Positions 55,138-64,000 of a stretch of DNA of 64,000 nucleotides are shown piece after piece; within the stretch, counting starts at the first letter, position 1, and each line of letters begins with the position of its first letter. Source of the DNA: Octopus sinensis (taxonomy: Eukaryota). The stretch lies in contig NC_043008.1 in the NCBI RefSeq assembly GCF_006345805.1, forward strand, positions 29,388,001-29,452,000, written 5' to 3'. The notes under the pieces were generated by a model. That model worked only from the letters and a program-made list of their open reading frames with translations, was not told where the DNA came from and made no database searches. Position numbers and translations under genes: made by a program.

Positions 55138-55242
55138 CAATATCTTCATTAATCTTTGTTGCATTTGAAACGAGATAGTTCTTATTCAACATTTTCTCCA
55201 TTAGGTTGGGAGCAACAAAGCCTATATCAAGGTAATTTTTGC
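55138..55242 (-). CDS. Candidate 105-nt phase 1-1 exon (GKNYLDIGFVAPNLMEKMLNKNYLVSNATKINEDI)
   Basis: Lies within a 50-codon stop-free frame. Acceptor tttcaagacag|, donor TTG|GTGAGA. No homology recognised. Confidence 0.22.
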
Positions 55243-56315
55243 CTGTCTTGAAATATATTTCACCACCAGATTATAATACCAAAAGGTGACGCAATAGAGA
55301 GAAAATATTCATTTAAAATGTTAGATGCATTTGTTGATAACAAATATGTATGTCTCCGTTTATGTGTTTTCTTTGGCAAATGTACGTGTATCTGAGTGTA
55401 TGTAGGCAAATTAATATGCATGTGTGTGTGATATTTTTATGAGCATACTTTTTCATTTCAAGATCAACTTTTCAATTTGTAGACGTGTAGGCATATTGGC
55501 ATAACCACTATCATCGATATACATACAATTATTTTTTATAGTGTATTGGTTTGTAAGAAATTAGCGATTCTTTTTCCAAAATTTCAAAGAAAGTAACCAT
55601 ATTTTATGTCTACCTTAGATTGTACATTGAGAACTGTATTATCTCCTGGATAAGAGAGCGGTTACACACGCGTTTGAGATAATGAGGTTTCATAAAACTT
55701 TACTTTATACATATACATTTAAACAACGTGCTGAGTATGAGAACAAATATAAAAAAAAAACAATTATATAAGGGAATATAATTGCATTTACCAAACAAAT
55801 GGTGTCACATCCTAGATATGTCGAAATATATCAATAACGATAACAACCTGAAGGAAATTATGCACTCTACAGCTTTTTCATTGTAAAGATGCTGGTATGT
55901 CCTGTGGCATAAAAGTGGGAGAGTAAAATACGAGATTACATTATTATATTGCAGACAGTGATCCATTCACACATGGAGGAAATACATATACCTTATGTAA
56001 AATATATCTCCGAGCTCTTGGTATGTTTTGCCTTTGGATTTGCGAAGTAAAACACAGTATATTTTGATCATTCACTTGAGATGAACATATATAATATATC
56101 TTAATTCGCGCTTCGTGTTATATTCAGCAGAAAAAGATTTCTGTTCCGGCGGCAGGCCTTACAGAACTAATATCAAGAAATATTATTAGGGATTTTTTTT
56201 ATGAATCTTACATTAATTATAAAATCATGTATATACGTGAGAGCCGCTCACGGTATTTAGGAAATGTGTAAATGATATAAGTAAAAATACAAAAATTCAA
56301 TTTGATATACGCACA

Positions 56316-56361
<46 letters not shown>

Positions 56362-59300
56362 AAAACATATACACACACACACGTGTTTGTTGTTCACGTA
56401 GTGGAAGATTATTCTGAATACAGATTTTATTTATTTGTATAAATCAATCCCTCACCGGCTAAATTGCCACAATATCGCGGGATGACAGCCTTCTCGATAG
56501 AGGTGTTATGATAATATATATGTGTGTATGTGTGTGAACGTGTATATGTGGCTCTGTGTCTACGTACGTGTGTGTGGGATGAAGTTTGTGATGTATGTGT
56601 GTCTTTCTTTTATTTCTATGTGTACAAGTATATGTATTATCTTCAACTTTATTTATATATTCTCTTTCTACTTAAAATTAATGAGTCTATACTTTAATGA
56701 ATTATTATTAGTCTCATAGTAATTGTAATTCGTGGCCCTTGATGCACGGATATTTTATACGCAAATGTATTCCTCTCACGGCATTCAGTATTTCTGAATT
56801 TTAACACGTTTCTATTAATTTGTTCTGAATTAGTACAGAACGCAGGAGATATATATTGAGATGCATCAGAAGTGACTATGTTTATTTTTAAAGATTAAAT
56901 AAAGCAGTTCAGTTTAGTCCCCGTCTATTTTTCTCGAATGTTAGATGAGATATACTCTCTTGTGGCTGGACTCTCTTCAGGTTACTAGAAGATAATAGTA
57001 GCTTGATTGCTGGCCTCGGCGCAAAAATTCCGACTCTGAGAAAGAAATACAGAAAGAAAGAGAAAGACAGACAGAAAGGAAAAAAGAAAGAAAGAAAGAA
57101 AATGTATTCACACCAATAGTTGTTTCTATACTGTACATCAACAACCCGTATATTTTAAAGGTAAATTATAAACCTCTGATGTTTAAATTCGAAACTCAGC
57201 AAGTCTGAACAATTAGAGTATAGCTGTACAGCAGCACGTCATGTATCAGACACTAATTATTTAATTCATTTCGGTCTTATAACGTTTACTAATGCAGATA
57301 AACATTGCCAAGCGTGTTAAAATTATTATCTAATATGGATTAAACTTTGAGTAAGCAGGTATATATTCAGAAATATCTTTATCTTAAAATTTCTCTCCTC
57401 CTCTCTTTTGCGCGCATCATATATACTTTAAAGTAGCATATAAATACTACACGTCTTAGAAAATGACGGCGTAATATTTGTGATATTATATTCATGTATT
57501 AGATCTACGTCAAAATATATCATATTTCATACCTTTTTCAATGTAATAAATACGTGAAAACTACAGGAATCATCTCTTCTTCATAGAGGATAAATTTTAA
57601 AAAACTATGAATTATTTATTTATTGGTTTTCTTTGGAAGTATTTTTGACTTATAGGGCATTTATACATTATTTACATCTAACTTGGATTCCGACAAAAGT
57701 AAACATTGACATGATTAACAATCAGTAACACATAAACAACAGTATTTAGGGAGTAAACGTGATAATATGATGTATTTATAGTATAAAAAGTAAGAAACAC
57801 TGACATCTATGTATTATGGATGTGATTACACTTCATCACGACTACCACAATCATAAAATCTCTCTCTCCCTCTCTATTGTTCGTCAAAATATACTTAATG
57901 TATTCACGATACTTAATTCTGAACTTGATTATGTGATTGCAAGTATTTCAATAATTAATACTGCTAAACATTATGTTCTAAGATGGTAAATTTACAAATT
58001 AGTGGAAGAAATAGATTAGATTGAATCAAGCAATGTAAACACTAGTCAGCCACCAAGCCAAGAATTAATACTGAGGGTATTTAGAATACAAACGTACAGG
58101 GGAAAATAAAACAATATATGATAAACATGTGACAATATCTACAAGCTCACCGTTACAAATATTAAAACATTGACCTACTGAAATGCGGATCACTTAAGAC
58201 ATAAGAGTCTCAGTTATTGTAAGATTGATACTACCGATTCTCTGAAAATAATATTTCATTTCAACGTAAGATAAATCTGAAATATATCAGGTAAATAGTA
58301 CAAAGGTATTAGAAAGAAATACTGCACGTGTTACTGAAAGAATGATATAAGGAAGACCGTATCTAATGTGAGATAAAATGACATTAGCAATTGTTGGTAA
58401 AAGTTTCTATTGTCAGAATAAGAGAACACATTTCTGGAGGCCCTTGGCCAACGGAAGTGATACTAACGCTTACACGAATATCAAAAATAATATTAAAGTT
58501 AGGCTTGAAACATAACGTCAAAATGCACGGGAAGATCATAGCCTCAACCTATATATCATGGTTTAAAGCTAATGCAATGCGGCCATTGGAAGTATAATGG
58601 AACATGTATCTGTGTGTTTGTTTTTCTATATGCGAGAGTGCGGATAAATAAATATTTTTTTGTGTTCTTGCGTGTATGTTTGCATCACTGTATGTTTATT
58701 TGTGGCAAGTTATTGATTAGGAAAATATGTCTAGGCGGGAAAAATCATCAACATGACACAGTAATACAAATGCTAGAAGTAGTATGTAAAATACATGTTG
58801 CTTCTACTGAGCGTAGGAGATAGATTGTATGTAGTTATAAACATTATGGATAGATGTAATTACTCACTGAAGCAGGCATCACAAATAGATTTTGTAGGCA
58901 TGTTCTTTTTATATTGAGTAGAGCGAAGTAATTTTATCTATGTTGTGTAGGATATACTAAAGTCACATATAACGTCACCATAAATAGCAAAACGAGAAGA
59001 AAATGAAAGATAAAGAGAACATCAAAAATGAGTGTGTCATTCGAACTTTTCCACCTAGAATCATGAGTAACATTTAAAAGCGCAATGACGCAAATGATAA
59101 CCGCGTTATTATCAATAATCCAATTATTAACATAAGTAATGTAAAAACAAAATATTTATAGCTGGAAGTACGACAGCAATTCATACATCTAGTCAGCTGT
59201 TGATATAACAAAGAAATAATATGTACACAATTAATTAAAATCAACGACAGGCGTCGTTGTTAATTCTGTGTGCGTCAACATCTATGATATCACAGACAAC

Positions 59301-60076
59301 ATAATTAAGAATTGCAACTATAGTATAACTACATGTTTAATGATAACATATATGCTAACATATCTTTTCATGAAATATTCGTGATAAAGGAAAAGAATAC
59401 ACGAATCAAAATTTCAACTGATAAAGTATGAAGATAAGGACACAGTACAAGCTTATCTTATGACTTCTTCATTTTGATAATACAGAAAGCATCTCAGCTG
59501 TCACTCACCCATATATTAAAATTGCAATTAAATACATTTCCTCCAGCGTATGACGTAGTTCATTGGTGACACAAGATTACATTTTAAATGACGTGAATAC
59601 TCATTTCCTGATCAAGCTTATATTTATGCAATTTTAGTATATAATCACAATTTATAAAAGAAAACATAGTTTAATCCACATAATATATTCATTAAATGTC
59701 TTTCTTTTATAAATATGTAAACAGATTAAAGACTAAAAAAGATTTAATGGTCTAATCCCTTTGTAACAATGTACTTCACAAATGAATTGATTCGTATTAC
59801 ATTCAAGCATATTTAATGGTATAGGTAAAGCTAAGCGTATAACTTTTTGAATGCAAAAATTTTATTGAAGCCTACTAAATAAGCTAATCGCTTTACATTA
59901 TTACTATAATTGAAACTGAATTTTATTAAAACATGTAAAATACAGTCTAGATTTCCTTTGGAAATATAATTTTGCTTGTAAAGAAATTTTCTAAATAAAA
60001 TTCTTCTCACACCAGCGTAATGGTCATTTCCATCTTTAGTATTAATTAGCCCTGCTTCCATTGGTTTTCAATGTAC

Positions 60077-60167
60077 CAGACAAGAATTGCTTCCACTCTA
60101 TTTGTCTATCCACTTCCCACAAAATGTCATGCATTGTGCCAACAACAGAAACAGTTATTTTGGAATA
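60077..60167 (-). CDS. Candidate 91-nt exon (YSKITVSVVGTMHDILWEVDRQIEWKQFLS)
   Basis: Acceptor cctaaccacttttag| with a ctaac branch-like site, an open frame, and a weaker donor CTG|GTACAT. Confidence 0.25.
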
Positions 60168-61181
60168 CTAAAAGTGGTTAGGTGGTAACATCGTCAGCAT
60201 GACCGGAAAACATACTTAGTGACATATATCCCGAACTCACATTCAGAATTCATATTCCTCTGATGCCGACATTGCATTTTCTCCGTTCATAAAATCGATA
60301 AAATTAGTACCAATTGAGTACTAGGGTACATATTATCGAATACAACACCTGTGAAAAATAATCTAGTCATCGTACCTGTATTAGTAAGGATCAGTTCGGG
60401 ATACTTAGGTAATTTACTCACGAATGCATTCATTTTCTTGTCCTGCGAATACATGCCAGTAAGTTAAATCTTTAGATTTGTGAATAGTATAAAGCATCAT
60501 TGGAAAAAGCAGTTTCAATTCAGGTAGTATAAGACGAAGAAATCCATGTAGTAGTATTGTTAGTCGATCATAAAATATTAAATTACTAAAATAACACAAA
60601 CACTAACAATGACAACTGCAATAATATTCAAGATAACAATTATATAAGGGACTTAAATTATTGGCAAGAAATCGCAAAGAAGAGATGACGAAGTCGAGAT
60701 CAACTAATTAGGAGCAACGTGAAGAAAGTTTTTAAAAGGGTGACGTAATAATAATAAAATAGACTACAATGAACTGTGAACAACAGAAGAATGGTGAGAA
60801 AAGAACCACAAATTGGAAGGGTCACAATTTAGGGGGAATAATGAAGCAATCAAATACACAACAAAGTTATACTGATACACCAAACGGAAAAGCTGTTTCT
60901 GAGTTCTTGCCGTGAAATTGTAGATGCATTTTCACTGAGCCAAATCAATTTCGCAGCATCATTTCCCTTTTATAAAATTTAATTGAAATTATTATCACCT
61001 ATTCCACCATTAACATCTTCTTCAAAGCTTTACTTGGACATATTTAAGAGAGTTTGGTTCCACATGAAATAATTTCGGCTAATAATATCTCAACGCATCG
61101 ATCTTAGACATTCCTTCACTAAGGTCACTGAAACAGAAGAAGAAAAGAAATTTCTACTCCTACGATGGCAAATAAGAAAGC

Positions 61182-61310
61182 GAAGAAGAAGAAGAAGAAG
61201 AGAAGAAGAAGAGAAGAAGAAGAAGAAGAGAAGAAGAAAGAAGAAGAAGAAGAAGAAGAAGAAGAAGAAGAAGAAGAAGAAGAAGAAGAAGAAGAAAAAC
61301 AAAAAAGAAG
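61182..61310. repeat. (GAA)n polypurine microsatellite
   Basis: Seen directly in the sequence. Confidence 0.95.
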
Positions 61311-64000
61311 AAGCGAAATGCAGAGTCATATATAAAAAAACCAAGGAAATGGTAGTGAGTAACGGGAAAAGTAGAATTTTTAAAATGCTATAATTTTTTA
61401 TACGCAAATGACATAAATATTTCAGTATAATCACCCACCAAAGAGTTATCTTTTAAACATCTGTGAAAAGGAATATATGAATAATTAATATACATTAATC
61501 TAGGTTTGTTCAATGCATTCCTTTTGGTTCGATTTTAAGAAATGATATTTCATTTGCATAAATCATTTCAAACTCACTTAGTCATTCTTTCTTTTGTACA
61601 TTGCCAGATGTGAATTTACACATATATACATGTATACGTGTATGAATGTGCGTGCATGAGTATGTGTTGCGTATACCATACATATGTATCTATTTTTGTA
61701 AATACACTTATAAACACGCAATCACATATGCATATATATTATATGCAAAGTTTATATATACTATGCATTTAATTCCTTTATGAGTCGAAATTTATTGTGC
61801 TGATAAACATGAAAAATATTTTCTTTTCAATACTAAATGATAATTTGACACTTATTAAAATTTAGTGTAGAGATCACCAACTACATATTTTCTTGCTTCT
61901 CATATCTTGGTAACATTATATTTAATTATTATGTTCCTTTCAGTTAGAATACTTGCAAATTGATTGGTTCCATAAATAGTGTTTTATGATGGGGAATGTG
62001 GCATTCTAAATATATATATTTAGTTAAATATATTATGCAACATTCAGTTGTTATATTTTAATACTTTCTTTGATACAATACATTAATGCGAGAATAAAAT
62101 GGCATGAATTCCTTTCCTCGTATTCAGAATTTATAATTTATATGACTTCATATTCGTTTATCGTTTCGAAATTATCTATTCAATGTTTGTCATTCCGTAA
62201 ATGTTACTATAGTAACAAGGATGTCTTTTCCTCTTACCTTGTGTGTTTTTGTCATAGAGATATTAAAAACATCGTTCTGAATTTTGCCGTGACATTTACA
62301 AAACACCACACAAACAGGTATGTGTGTGTGCGTCTGTGTATGTATGTGTATGTATATACAGAAACATATATGTATGTATGTATGTATGTAAGTGTGTATA
62401 CGTACACATATATAGAATTTAAAGGACACTTTTCTCTTTGTCGTTTTAGTGAAACTAATTCTTATATTGGCAATTTGCATTTTCGTTACTATTCCGATTA
62501 TGAATATTATAGACACTCACAAACATATGAGCAATCGGATGCTTCCGCATTTGCTTGGGTAGGCAGAGGCCATGTGTTCTGTCCATCTTATACCACAGTG
62601 TTAACTTCCATCGAATTTAACAGATGAAAGGCGTGTTAGAGCTTCGCCTCAATTACTGAATTTGAGACAAAGTTAAAGTGAAGGGCAAGCAGGTGGACAC
62701 AAGAATTAAACTGACCGTTACGCAATATATGGAAATTAGCAAGATAACGGTGATGGGCATGTATAAGGATTTAGATTCGTGGCTCGTCATATCTGTAGCA
62801 AACTGCCAAGAGATTGCAAGCTCTCTTTTCAGAGCCGTCACTTCAGTACGTGCATGTTCATGTAGATGAACATGCACGTCCTAACGATTTCAATTTTATC
62901 CAGAAAATATTGAAAATTACAACTTCAGACACCTAGCAATTACAGTGACAATTCTCATTAGGCGCATGTGTAGAAATAAGAGACACTTCGGGTTTAAATG
63001 AAGGGAAGAATCAGAAAAGTAGAATATAAGAGAGGTGCAGACAATAACTCCAACAACACGTATACTTCCCAGAAATCTTTGGTCTGTTCCTGATTTCAAT
63101 GGCAAAGCAATTCTATCCTCGTTGACACTGACAGATATATCCGGGCTATTTTTAAAGTTTGGCATATATTTGTATTGGATCATCCCGTAAATAATGCGGC
63201 TTTTTTTATAATTCTAGACTGTAGTTTTCAGCTTGGAACTTCTGGAACAACTGTTGACACTGGTTTACGCTTATTGTCCGATCCCCATATACTGCATTAA
63301 TATTCCTCGCACTTTCTGTTGCCTTGTTGCCTTAATTGAACTCATGCGAACGTGCTCTTGGTCGAATATGCTTGTTTGTCACTTCCATTATAGCTTTGAA
63401 AAGATAACTGTTAAAATGGAAATGCACTCTTCAAACCTTGCTCTAAGAATAGTAACTAGGTAAAATTACTACCTGCTTTTAGTGCAAGTTAACGCTGGTA
63501 AGTTAACCCGTCCCAATTCGACTAAAAGTCATGCAATTAAAAAAACTGCATAATTTAAAGGATGACCCAATATATTGTGACCTGATTACATTCTCTTACT
63601 AATTATATTGTGACTGTATTCCTTTGAGTTTGTACGTTAAATCAAGCTGATAGGTTGTTAATTCTTGAAACCATCAAGATTGTCATATCAGCAGATAGAT
63701 GGACACTTCATCATCTACTGCAATCAAAAATAAGCCAAATTAACTTGGCTTCTCCCTCGTATTTTTCATTTATCGATATTGTAAGTTGAGGAATATGTGA
63801 CTGTTATTTCTCACTAAAATAATTCCTAGTTACAATGACCTTCGTTGGTTTCTGACTTTTTATACATATGTTTTGTTATGGGATGGTAACTCTTTAACTT
63901 ATGTGTTTGGGGAGCTGTCACGAACTTTTACTGTGCATGTTGTTGAGAAGTTAAGTTAACAGTTATTGCGTACGATCCAGTATGTGATTAGTTGTGCTAG

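Overview
AT-rich eukaryotic DNA. It is most consistent with intronic or intergenic sequence from an octopod cephalopod; this is inferred from recognisable octopus-type tRNA-derived SINEs and dense (TA)n, (CA)n, (TAGA)n and (TAA)n microsatellites. There is no intact protein-coding ORF, rRNA, tRNA or CRISPR array, and most ORFs in the supplied track are microsatellite translations. Recognisable content is decayed mobile DNA: many SINEs; three mariner remnants or MITEs; an RTE/BovB-type LINE 3' fragment; an R4/Dong-type restriction-like-endonuclease retroelement end inside a (TAA)n array; two Penelope-like elements (PLEs), one with an inverted GIY-YIG/3' module upstream of its RT; and a head-to-tail array of Helitron-like units. 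The most striking structure is at 41574-41795: a near-perfect 74-bp-arm palindrome carrying a complete minimal type I hammerhead ribozyme motif on each strand, flanked by (TA)n. An older, unrelated copy of the same architecture lies at about 51.85 kb. A CpG-rich island near 50 kb and several short minus-strand frames with good splice donors hint at a large multi-exon host gene, which cannot be identified from sequence alone.
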